From Haplodiscus bocki (Eukaryota), in NCBI GenBank assembly GCA_965655095.1, contig OZ296651.1, forward strand, positions 48,298,001 to 48,333,346: 35,346 nt of DNA. Reading direction: 5' to 3'. This document shows, in pieces, positions 9,253 to 19,929 of the stretch. The position numbers were made by a program, and so were the translations under genes. How positions within the stretch are numbered: position 1 is the first letter of the stretch; the number at the start of each line of letters is the position of its first letter. The notes under the pieces were generated by a model. That model saw nothing but the letters and a program-made list of their open reading frames with translations. It searched no databases and was not told the DNA's origin.

Positions 9253-12200
9253 CTAGAACAGAAACAAAATTATAAGGAACTAATTCCTTCAGAACTCAAT
9301 AAAAAAATTAATTAAAGTTTCCAGAAAACAGCAAAAACGAAAAAAAAACAACGAAAAAAGAAGAATAGAAAACAACATTCGATGAAAGTGTGAACTTTAC
9401 AGAAATTTCTTATTAATCTTGATAAGTTGACTTAGCAACTAAAAAAATTTACAAACATTAAATAAAAAGTATTGAAGTTTGTTATACGGTAACCACCGTA
9501 AATTCGGTTAGGTAACCGTGTTGAATCAGAAACTATATTTAGAAAGCTATTTGTGTGTATTAGTAAACATTACATCACTTTTATATATCGAAATAATACC
9601 AAAACTCATAATACAAAGATATCCATACAGAGTACAGTTAGATATTCGAAACACATCCGTCTTTACCTTAATTTACTAGAATAGAACAAGGCGCAGTCAA
9701 CCTAATTACCTGTTACAACAATTTCCGAAACTTACCGAAATGAATAATACACCGAGAAAGAATGATAGAAGACCGAGAAAAATTACCCTGCATGGACGAG
9801 AAAGGAATCGACGAGAAAACAATCTATAACTACCAACAAAGGCTAGACCCATTTAAGCATTATACAAAAAGAAAAGACGAAATCGATATTCGTCCGCTAA
9901 TTAAAGAACAAATATTGACCGGAACCGACTGGAATACTGAACAAAAAAAACAACAAGACTTTCTTGGGCATTGGGACCCGAACAACACACCAAGTAACGC
10001 GATCCGAACATCAAAACGATCCGGACAATGATAAAATAAACAAATTAATCATATTATACAACAGATAGTTCTTACCGAAAACAAACATATACAATTCACG
10101 AGGAGATTTATTTTGGCCAAAACAAACAGATACAAAAACACCGAAAGACCACCTGGAGAAATTCTTCGAATCAGAAAAAAAGTGTGTGATTTTTCGGAAT
10201 TTTGTACCGAATTATTTGGATACAAAATAACAACATCAATCACCGACAGGAAATTACCGAACAAACTGTTAAAAGAAAAATTTAGTAAACCAAAAGCAGT
10301 CGAACTGATCCAACCAAACACATACGACCGTAGGAACAAAAAGAATCCCATACCGGAAGCAATAACAAAAAACAGGAAAAAACACATCAAGTAAAGAACT
10401 AAAATCATATCTCGGAGCAAAACAATATATTGCAAAAGTTCTACCCAAACATTCCGAAAAAAAAACAACGGAATAAGGAGACAACTACTCCGGAAGAAAT
10501 CGGAACGGGTTTGGACCGAAAGAGCAGAAAAAGAATTTAACGAGATAAAGAAAACGGTAACAAAAATCCAATTCCTAGCACATATTGCTACAGACCCAGA
10601 TAAGATAGTAACGAGACGGCTGTCTGGGGCCAGTACATTTTTCGCTCGAATGTAAATACTCTGATCAACTTTTGCAAACAGTTAAAAACGAGATTACTGT
10701 TTCAATGTTTCAAATCTAATTTTCGAAGATTTTTTGACAAATAATAATTCCAAAACTGATTTCTAATTTTCAATTAGGAAAATGGGTATCACTATTTTTC
10801 GTTGAAAATTTTTTGTTTCATATAATACCAAAAAAATTGTAGATCAGGAACAAATCAGAAAACTTCGGGTATCAAAATTTTTTTTGCACGAGAAGGGGAT
10901 ATCACGATTTTCTGTCGAACAATTTTTGTCTCACAGTACCAAAAAATTTCATATCAGAACTCTTTTGTATTTCAAAAAGTTCTGGTGTCGAAAAAATTTA
11001 TGCATAGGAGGGGGCATCATGGTTTTGTCAAAATTTTTTTTGTCTCACAGTACCGACAAACTTCGTAACGGGTCCCTTCTGTTTATTTGACATTTTCTAG
11101 TATGGAAAAAATATATATGGATAAGAGATGGCGGGTATCACGTTTTGCCGTTGAAAGTTTTTTGTATCAGGGTACCAAAAAGTTTCGTGGGGCAATCTTT
11201 CAATGTTTCACAAAAAATCGGGTCTCGTAAAACTTTATGCACAAGAAGGGGATTTCACTATTTTCTGTTGACACTTTTTTTGTCTAACAGTGCCGTAAAA
11301 TTTCGTGAGGGAGCCATTCAATGTTTAGGAAAACTTCGAGCATCGAGAAATTTTTTGCTCATGAAGGGAACATCCATATTCTCCGATGAAATTTTATTGT
11401 CTCACAGTACCGAAAGATTTCGTAGGGGGACCCTTAGTGGTTTCTGAAAAATTCTGGTATCCAAAATTTTTCAGCATAAGAGGATATCACAATTTTGTCG
11501 AAAATTTTTTATCTCATTGTACCGACAGTTTTCGAAGAGGAACCTTTCTGTTTTTTTAGGAAATTTCTGGATACGAAAAATTTCGTGAATAAGAGGACAG
11601 TATAGCAATTTTCTGTTGAAACTGTTTTTGTCGCACAAAACCAAAAAATTTGGTGGGGGAACCATTCAATGTTTCAAAAAACTTCGGGCATCGAAACATA
11701 CTATGCATTAGAAGGGGATATCACTGTTTTACGTTGAAAGTTCTTTGTCTCACAGTGCCGCAGAAATTCGTAAGGAAACCATTCTGTGTTTCAAAAAAGT
11801 CCTGTTATCGGAAATTTTCTTGCATGGGAGAAGGGGGCATCACGTTATTGTCGCAAACATTTTGTCTCACTGGACCGGAACGAAAAATTAGGTATGGGAA
11901 TTCTCCTGTTTCCCCGAATTTTTCCGCTAACGAAAAAATTTTATGGCTAAAAGGGGGGTTATCACGATTTTGCACAGTGATATCGTACATAGTAGTCAAA
12001 TGGTAAAAAATATCTGACAAGGCAGACCTACCATTTCGAACCCAGACCGACCACTTTAGAACGTTATTGTCCTTACCACACTGCTGACATTTAATATTGA
12101 AAAAAAAAGATTTGGAAATTTTGGACTGAAAATTGCATATGTGGAGAAAAAAAAACAACCGACGCAAGCCAAACCGGACTTGGAATAACTTTAGGCCACA

Positions 12201-15200
12201 AACAAGACGACAACACTATCCGAATACTGGCGTTCACCAGCCGATGTCTGAAATGGGCCGAGAAAATTTATTCCATCGGAAAACTGGAACTATTACCAGT
12301 AGTATGGGGACTAGAGAAATTTCGTTTTAATCTATGCGGTAAAACAGTATACATAAGTACCGATCATTAGGCATTAAAACCATTAACAAAACGTAACCGA
12401 GCATACCGACAACGCACGATTAACGAGATGGCTAGACAAATTAGCATACTTTGATGTTTCAATAAAACAGACAGCAGGAAAAATTTAGCCAAGATGGAGT
12501 ACCTAAACAGACACTCAACCAAAGAAACAGCGACCGAGGAAGTCCACGATGAAGAGTTTGTAATTATTACTCTTTCAGAACCTTTTAAATTAAACCGTAA
12601 ATACGGTCAATTCTTGAACACGGACCAAAAATTTCAATCAACCGACCAGTCAGCAAACATGAGTTTGAAGACGAACCAAGAATTAGTCAATAAAATTGCT
12701 TCACCGATGAAATCCATTCAGGACGCCAATTCAAATGATTTCACGCGCGAACAAGCACCAGCAATCAATACAATTAACACTAATTTTAATCCCATCAATT
12801 AAATCAACAACTTTGATTTAACAGATTCGAAAATGGAAATACAACTCAATTACGAGTACCATCATTGGGGACCAAATAAGAAAGTGATGGAAATTATCAG
12901 GAAAACAGAGAAAAGTCCGGGAACCCTGTGGTTATTACAAAGGCGGCGAGAAACCACAAAACGCGGAAACTTCCAGTTCAAATTCGACTGCAATATAAAC
13001 CAAAAAATATAGGTCCCCAGACGAACAGACAAATGAGCGAGAAAGGTGGCCGCAACCGATCTAGCACTATTGTTCAGAAAAATCGAAAAGAACCGGCGGG
13101 CAGATAATATTTTGAGTTTAACAGACCAAAAGCGAGTCCAAGCACGGAGCACAAGATTACATATACATCGGAGCAGAACAAAAACGAACCCGAAACCAAA
13201 TCAAGCGCTGAGGGAAATGAACTGGTGAAATCTTCGTCCAATTTTCTCATCGTGGACCTCAAGGAATATGATATCGCCGAAAAAAAGATACACTATATCC
13301 AAGTCAACCATGTGATTGGAAAGCCCAAAACAAAGAGCACCAAAGCCGAAAAAAAATTGAAGAAAGCTGAGTTCATCTTTATGACTGATCTAAAAACTTT
13401 GATTAACAAAACTTCGGTTGATCTGAAATTACTACATTTAAACATAGTTGTTTGAAACAAATAAAAAAAGCCACCCAAAAAATGCTCTCCGGTTTTTAGC
13501 AAAATCATCAGACTATTCGGTTCACTAATTGCTGTTGACATAATTGTGGTTCCAGAAGAGCTGAAGATACAGCTAATGGATGCATTACACTCCCGTCACC
13601 CGCAAATTTTTCCTGCAAATTATATAAAAAACTTGTAACCGGCAAACCAAATTTTTTTACCTGAATCAATCCATATAGTAAACGGCCCGTAGTTCGGATA
13701 TGCAAACCAACTGAAACGAAAAAAGTCATAAATGTCTTCGAAAGCTTCATTAACTTTAATGTGTCCCTGTGAATACAAAGTCAGAAAGTGGAAGTGCGTT
13801 CATATCCAAAGAACACATATTGTTTTGTAAAATTCAAAACTTCAAATTGAAAACAGCTCACCGACACCACATACCGGTACGGGGGCAGTTGAACGCGCAA
13901 TACAAACACTGAAGAATCTGATAACTGCCAATCTAGGAGACAAGATCGATTTAACCGAAAGTATAAGCCGAGCATTGAGAGTATTGCGTTTCACGATACA
14001 CACCGGACCAAAAGTGAGCCCAATCGGACTACATTATGGTAGAAAAGCCAGAACCGATATAACAAACATAATCAAAACAACAAGAGTTACGTATCCGACT
14101 GGACAACGTTGAGCATTTCAGCATCACCGAAACAGATAACAATATATGTAGCTTGAATGGAAAAAGAAGTGACGGACAATATAAATTTTATTTCTGGCCA
14201 AGAGGAGACAAACACCATGCTGCACGTCACACAAATTACCAAAGAGAAGGCCGGTAGAGCCGGTTAGTGGGAACTTCATCATCCATAAAATTTTTTTGAA
14301 AAAAGAACCAGAAAAAATCATTGGGAGGAAACTATAAAAGACATCGGAGAATTGCCGTCGACGTTACCAAACATAGGGTCCGTACTGCAAACAACAAAAT
14401 TTTACACCGTAATTCATTATCAACACCTATTGGTTTTCAGAGATCGTCGAAGGAGGACTTGTCTCCGAACAAGCAAAAACTGAGAGGATTGGGCAAAGGG
14501 TATGTCAGTGCGTCTAAAAGAACATATTTGATGGAGGAAGCAATCATTTCCGAATCTAAACCGAAGGTACGGAAAGTGGATTCAGACGAGGAAGATAGTG
14601 ACTAGTTATGAAAGATCCGAAGGAAAAGCCGTGCACGTCAACATCGACAAAGAAAAAAACCGAGGAAAATAAACTGACACTAGCACTGTTACCGAAAAAA
14701 GAAAGAACAAGATGAAATCAGCAATACTGGTGGGACACGCGATAAAGACGGTAATATTAACTTACGCAGATCAAATTGAATATTTAAACCACCGGAACGT
14801 TTAGGTAGTGTATCATTTTTCTAAAACTAAAGTTTGTTTACCGGACCCCTTCGAAAAGAAGCACCCAAACCGAGGTTAATGAAAATGAAGAAAATTGATT
14901 CTGACTACGACCCAAATGAAAACGACGGACACTACGAGAACAAGTAGCGGATAGAAGGAGGGGAATATTATACGGTGACCACTGTATATTCGGTTACGTA
15001 ACCGTGTTGAATCAGAAACTATATTTAGAAAGCTGTTCGTGTGTATTAGTAAACAATACATTACCTTTATATATCGAAATACCAAAGATCATAATACAGA
15101 GATAACCATACAGAGTACAGTTAGATATTCGAAACACATCCGTTTTGACCTTAGTTTACTAGAATAGAACAAAGTTTTAAAACCAAATGTATGTATCATA

Positions 15201-18200
15201 AATCGTACTAATCTTAAAAATTCTTCGTTTCTTGACAAATTTAAGAAATTATAAAATTAGTGCGATTTATGATACATATATTGCTTTTAAAACTTCAATA
15301 ACTTTTATTTAATGTTTCGAAAAAGATTCAATTGCAAAGTCAACTCAAATTGTTTATCTTGATTCCAAACAGTCTAAAACGGTGGCAGGAGAAAATACCC
15401 AAACCCAAAATACCCATACCCAAAATACCCATACCCAAAATACCCATACCCAAAATACCCATACCCAAAATACCCATACCCAAAATACCTTTACCAAAAA
15501 TACCCATACCTAAAATACCCATACCCAAAATACCCATACTCAAAATACCCAATGCCAAAATACCTAATGTCCCAGAATACCCAAGATTGAGATAGCCAGA
15601 AAAAGTAAATAATTAACAGCGTGTTGAGCTAAAAAATTCAAGACGGCTGAAATTACTTAAGTTTATTGATGTTTCGAAATATTGTTGCTGACAAAATAAA
15701 ACACAATCCAAAAAATTCACAGAAAGTTACTTTGAACAGAAAAACAGCCGCGAAGTCAAAAAAATGGATATACACGGGGGTTACCCCACAACGTTTTCGG
15801 CACTGTGAGACAAAACTGTAATTCATTTCTCAAAATTTTCGCCACTGTGATACCAAATTGTAATTCACCTCACAAAATTTTCGGCACTGTGATACAAAAT
15901 TTTAATTCACCTCACCAAATTTTCGACACTGTGAGACAAAATTGTGATTTCCCTAACATATTTTTCAAATTTTTCGGTACTGTGGAAAACTTTAAATTTC
16001 AAAATGATGAGTTTTTGCAAAGTTGATGCTGGGTGTTGTAGTAATTTTGTACAGTGTATTCTATAATAGCGTATAAAATTTTTTTGTAAGAAGCAGTGCT
16101 ATTTAGTATCATAAATAAGATATCAATTAAGTGGTTACAGGACTTTCGCTACTAGTCCATTTGCTACCAGGATAATTGCTACTACGAAAATTGCCACTAG
16201 GTCATTTTCTACTAGGTACCATTTGCTACTGCGTAATCCTTGCTACTATAATCCAAATGCTACTACGCACTCCAAAATTTGTGAAGGCCATACTTGATGA
16301 CAATCAATTTAAACAATTGCGTAATTGATTGACAGCGTGCGGTACGCGCATCAAAAGCAAAATAGTAAACAACATTAAACATCGGTAAACAATTCATCAC
16401 TTTTACTCTGTTGTCTACACGTAAACACAATGACTCACTCGATTTCAACAAATGCGTAACTTGATTGACAGTCGTTCTTTGTTTCGGACATACGGTATGT
16501 GCTTCAAAAGCAGAGAAGTAAACAACAAAGTACTCCAACAAACAACTTTTCGTACGCGTGCATAAAATTACTCATCTATCAATCAAAAAATTTTAAACGT
16601 TGCACTGTTGCTACGACATTGAACCGCCTTTACTTTGGCGTTTGTTGCCCAATGGGTACTGCTTGTGCCTGTGAAGTTTATGAAACGAGTTCGAACCTTT
16701 CATTTGCCTGTTTTTCTAGGAAATCCGAAATATTCAATTCCCGGTTTACACAAATTCCAACTTCCTGGAGTTTGGAAAAACCGGGTTGCGGCGGGGAAGG
16801 GTAGAAAAAACCCTTGAAAATGCCCTGACCCAGGCACCAAAATTTGGGCTCTCAATTCGCACTAGTTTTTGAAAAATTGCATTTTTTTGAAAAAATTCGA
16901 AAACACACAAGACTAAATTATAATAACTTGAATAACAAATTGTGTCAATCAGTCACTGGAGATGAGCGATGCTCCTTAGGAAAGGATTGATATTTTCTTT
17001 GTTTTCGTCATAGGAATTAATGAGAGTTTAAACTCGGACATTCAGCTGTTGTTATTTTCTGCGCGGTTTCTTTTGGTGGCCAGTCACAGCCTGTAGAGCA
17101 ATGAATTTATGGAGTAGAGCATCTTGGCGGAACTTCTGGAGGAAAGTCCAAACGTTCGGATGACTGCCACTAAAAAGCGACTGGATTCCATAATGCCAGC
17201 CTTCAACTGCATTGTTTGTCCTTGCTAGCCCTTCGGAAGCTGCATTGTTTTGATTCCAGATTGAGGGTTCAAATAATGGGGCTCTGCTAGTACCTCTAAT
17301 ATAGGTTTTTTGGAAATAGCAAGCAATTTGCTCGACTTTTTCTGAAACTTCATCGTCAGATTTGAGTCTCAGGAGGATGTCCCCAACCTCTTCCATTACT
17401 AATTTGAAACCGTCTTCAAACTGCTCCACTGGTAAAAAAGCAGTTGCTGGTACAATCTTCAAGGCTAAGGCCAATTCTGGGGTTGTTGTATAAGCTTTTT
17501 TCAAGCCGACTTCATTTATTTTGCGCAGAACGGATTGACACAGATGAAAGTAACATCCAGTAATTTGTGCAGTTGGGAACGTTGTGGAAAACGCATTAAC
17601 AGCCGACTTCTCGAAGTCCATCATTATTCTTTCAGGATTTGCATTCGGTATTAACTGTAGTAGGGCTTGGGTAAAATCATGGTACGTTTTTTTCAGTTTT
17701 GTTCGGTAAGAGAGCGTATATACAGGGTGGGTTGTAACCGCCAATTGTAACATGGATTGTGTACAATTGGTAAAACATGTCCGGTCATTGCTTGAATGTT
17801 CCGTCACCAAACCATCAGTCCTTTGTGGTTTCAAGCAAAAGAAGCATCTCTGTCAAGGCAAATATGATGAATCTTTCGGGTTCATGTTTTTCTTTGTCGA
17901 AAGCAACAAAATCCTCGAACTCTTCGGGAATTTGAAAATCTTTTCCATGAGGTATGTGCGGAAGAGCATTTGCAAATTTTCGCTTGTATCTATTAAGTGA
18001 CTTCACAATAGATTCTTGAGGTGGCAAATTCATTTGCGTTGCCACGTCATTTTGAATTTCTTGCAGAGTTGACGCGATGGCCACGTAGTTCGTTGTTGTT
18101 AGTGCCTTTTCTTTCATTTTGTTTTTGGCTTGTCTCGCTTCCGTTGCTCCTGGCTTAAAGTTGCAAATATGATCTTTTGGCATTTTTATAATTTCACTTC

Positions 18201-19240
18201 CTGACGTTATTACTAAACTTGAACATTTAATTTGACGACAATGGCGGCAAATCCAATGTGTTGTTGTGTTCGTTTCTTGCTTTTTAACGTATTCATAACC
18301 TTGATATAAGAGAGTTGGGTGTCCTCGGTTGGAAGTTCCGAATTCAATATTCATTTCGATGAGCTAGTTGACAATTGAGTGAAATTCAACTGATGTCTCA
18401 CATATATATAGCGAATAGATGATTACTTAATTAAGAGATTACTGAATCACGTTATTTATGCTAATTATGAAGCGGAAGTGCGTCAGTGGTAAATGTCTTA
18501 GTACATTACTTGACAATAAGTAGTGGCAACGTAGTATTAGTAGCAAAGTGACTAGTAGCAATTATCACCTAGTAGCAAACTGCCTAGTAGCATTTGTTCC
18601 AGTAGCAAAAGGCCTAGTAGCAAATTAACTAGTAGCAAACGTCGTTACACCCAATTAAGTAACTACGATATCAATTAATTAACTATAATTGTAATCAAGT
18701 TGTGATAATTGTTATAATAATATATTCAACATTCTAGTATTTGGGGTACTTTTAATGTTAAGACGCTTTTAATTATTTAATTGGTATTGTTGTTTCAATC
18801 TTGGGTATTTTGGGACATTGGGTATTTTGGGGTGGAACCATCTAAAACTGACATTTCAGCCAACACTTAAAACTTTGAGGGAGCGTATAATTTGTAAGAA
18901 AAATAGAAATTTGACGATTCAATCGAATCAGAAATAGCAAAATTTTATTGTGAGTTTATGAGTCTTGCGCATCAAAACTAGAGTATTTTTTACAAAAACC
19001 TCGTAAAACCATTCTAGTATCAAAAAGACTCACCTCTTTAAATTGTCCTTGCATTACAAAATTAGGCGTGGTTAACACTCCAAGGCCCTCGCAAGAACCC
19101 TGGTTGAACTCGCCCACGTAGATGCTCTTCCCATCCGATAACGTATATTTCCCAATGCCATGTTTTTTACCTTCGGAGTTCCACTGCCCATAATAGATTG
19201 AACCATCTTCGTAACTGTGTTCGCCATAAAGCAACTTCAT
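9016..19240 (-). CDS. MORN4: MORN repeat-containing protein 4 (147 aa, two coding exons, 9781-bp intron)
   Basis: Exon 1 19240-19034 (MKLLYGEHSYEDGSIYYGQW...QGQFKE, donor gtgag). Exon 2 9252-9016 (ttctag acceptor; NRLNGVG...YEGEFRNG..GLGLLTFPDGNHGIP.CEGLF...*). The GLLTFPDGxHGxP motif and length match MORN4/retinophilin. Confidence 0.9.
9480..9688 (+). repeat. 5' LTR (209 bp, TGTT...AACA)
   Basis: Direct repeat of 14966-15171; about 17 substitutions and one 3-bp indel by hand alignment. Confidence 0.92.
10780..11975. repeat. Diverged tandem array, ~10 copies of ~117 bp
   Basis: Core TTTGTCTCACAGTRCCG (or variants) recurs at about 10812, 10925, 11039, 11160, 11279, 11397, 11509, 11627, 11744, 11861. 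Confidence 0.85.
12031..12088 (-). promoter_or_regulatory. tRNA-derived A/B-box-like module
   Basis: Minus strand CAGCAGTGTGGTAAGGACAATAACGTTCTAAAGTGGTCGGTCTGGGTTCGAAATGG, alignable to 5820-5877. Confidence 0.5.
14966..15171 (+). repeat. 3' LTR (206 bp; first TG mutated to TA)
   Basis: Follows the polypurine tract and is followed by TSD AAGTT. Confidence 0.92.
15392..15585. repeat. 15-bp minisatellite (AAAATACCCATACCC)n, ~12 copies, within left TIR
   Basis: Directly visible tandem repeat. Confidence 0.95.
15639..16020. repeat. Insertion related to the Helentron-like family, with ~42-bp tandem repeats (15794-15985); right boundary approximate
   Basis: Starts CAAGACGGCTG like copy C (CGAGACGGCTG). 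Repeats TTTCGGCACTGTGAGACAAAA are the reverse complement of the 117-bp satellite core. Confidence 0.55.
16133..18651 (-). mobile_element. MULE (Mutator-like) DNA transposon with decayed transposase (inner element)
   Basis: Perfect 9-bp TSD CAATTAAGT (16124-16132, 18652-18660). TIRs GGTTACAGGACTTTCGCTACTAGT / GGTGTAACGACGTTTGCTACTAGT with arrays of TGCTACTAG subterminal repeats. Confidence 0.92.
16953..18354 (-). pseudogene. FLYWCH zinc finger + MULE DDE transposase pseudogene
   Basis: GHPTLLYQGYEY..HWICR..KC (FLYWCH); WFGDGTFK, FYQLYTIH, IMMDFEK, GCYFHLCQ, RTNNAVEGWH (MULE). In-frame stops at ~17816 and ~17787, a frameshift in the A-run near 17690, and further stops near the C-terminus. Confidence 0.9.
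19034..19240 (-). CDS. MORN4: MORN4 exon 1
   Basis: ATG at 19240, 207 nt, MORN repeats, gtgagt donor. Confidence 0.9.
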
Positions 19241-19929
19241 TATTGCATTTACTGAATAAAATGCACTGCACGAAGCCAAGCCGTATACTAAACAGTGACG
19301 ATGACTGAACGAACAACTGAAGCTAAATGAGGACAGGAAATGACGTGATGCTTCGAGCTCAAATGTACGAACATTTTAGTATACAATCTAGTATGCATCT
19401 TTTCTCCAGTGGGAGGTAAGCTTGCCATTGGGAAAAGGAAACATCTAATACGCAGCGTGAATCGGTGAAACAAAATATAAAAGATTCAAATAAAGCAGCC
19501 TTTTTAGACCATGGAGATTGTCGTATTTGCACGTTTTTGTATCACACAATCCTGAGATGTGAGAACAGCCTAACAGTTCAGTGCCTCGAAATGGAGAATA
19601 GAGGACATGTATCAAACATTCTTGTTATAAATATTGAAATAATATTAATTTTCCGTTGTAATCTTTTACGAAAGGGAAACTTTAAATTCAGTAGGTTGTT
19701 GTATATTTTATTCTGAACTTAAGGGGCGTTCTGCCAATTCATTGGAATGCTTGAGCAATGGCGGCATTCAAAACACAAAAGTGCCCTGTCGCCTTGGTCA
19801 GGTAGCCGACAGGTCCAGGCTCGAATGTCTGCGTAGCTATTTATTCTAGTTTTTGTGGGAATTCGTCAATAACTTTCGCGCACACTATTTAGGATGACAG
19901 GTTTCTGAAGCGCCAGAGATGCGAGTATT

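Larger units (their letters stand above)
10612..12155 (-). mobile_element. Helentron-like non-autonomous element (copy C) with internal ~117-bp satellite and tRNA-like module, inserted without TSD in Gypsy RNase H
   Basis: Removing it restores ATA GTA ACA ACC GAC GCA AGC (IVTTDAS). Ends: CGAGACGGCTGTCTGGGGCCAG (hairpin CTGG-GG-CCAG) and an A9 run. Confidence 0.7.
9480..15171 (+). mobile_element. Decayed, internally deleted Ty3/Gypsy LTR retrotransposon
   Basis: LTRs 9480-9688 and 14966-15171; 5-bp TSD AAGTT at 9475-9479 and 15172-15176; PBS-like AGGCGCAGTC at 9689; PPT AGAAGGAGGGGAA at 14953-14965. Relics of gag (~9740-10400), RT connection (QLLRKK..VWTE..EKEF, ~10480), RNase H (IVTTDAS..GLG) and integrase (HTGTGAVERAIQTLK, ~13870). 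Confidence 0.92.
9425..15345. mobile_element. Foldback MITE (~230 bp, ~105-bp inverted arms) split by the Gypsy insertion: pieces 9425-9479 and 15172-15345
   Basis: Joining 9425-9479 to 15177-15225 gives AGTTGACTTAGCAACT...ACATTAAATAAAAAGTATTGAAGTTTTAAAACCAAATGTATGTATCATAAATCGTACTAAT, closely matching the reverse complement of ~15244-15345. Confidence 0.75.
15381..18839. mobile_element. Mutator/Foldback-like non-autonomous DNA transposon (outer element)
   Basis: 9-bp TSD GTCTAAAAC (15372-15380) / ATCTAAAAC (18840-18848); GG...CC ends; inverted AAAATACCCAATGTCCCAAAATACCCAAGATTGA shared by ~15557-15590 and ~18795-18828. Confidence 0.8.

Noticed and set aside
10780-11975. CRISPR-like appearance (conserved core with variable intervals) and several overlapping ORFs
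   Set aside because: The intervals are themselves homologous, the context is a eukaryotic intron, and there are no cas genes; it is a diverged satellite.
15332-15595. ORFs with PKIPI / MGILG repeats
   Set aside because: Translation of a 15-bp minisatellite in a transposon TIR.
17780-17820. Two in-frame TGA codons in the MULE transposase suggesting recoding or an alternative code
   Set aside because: The same gene has a frameshift and TAA stops, and both host genes end in TGA; simple decay.
18956-19279. 107-aa single-exon ORF as the whole MORN protein
   Set aside because: It starts at a non-ATG codon and runs into the intron; the spliced 19240-19034 + 9252-9016 model fits MORN4 length and motifs.
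19420-19436. RFX X-box-like TTGCCATTGGGAAA upstream of MORN4
   Set aside because: Both half-sites deviate from the GTNRCC-N-RGYAAC consensus; too weak to call.
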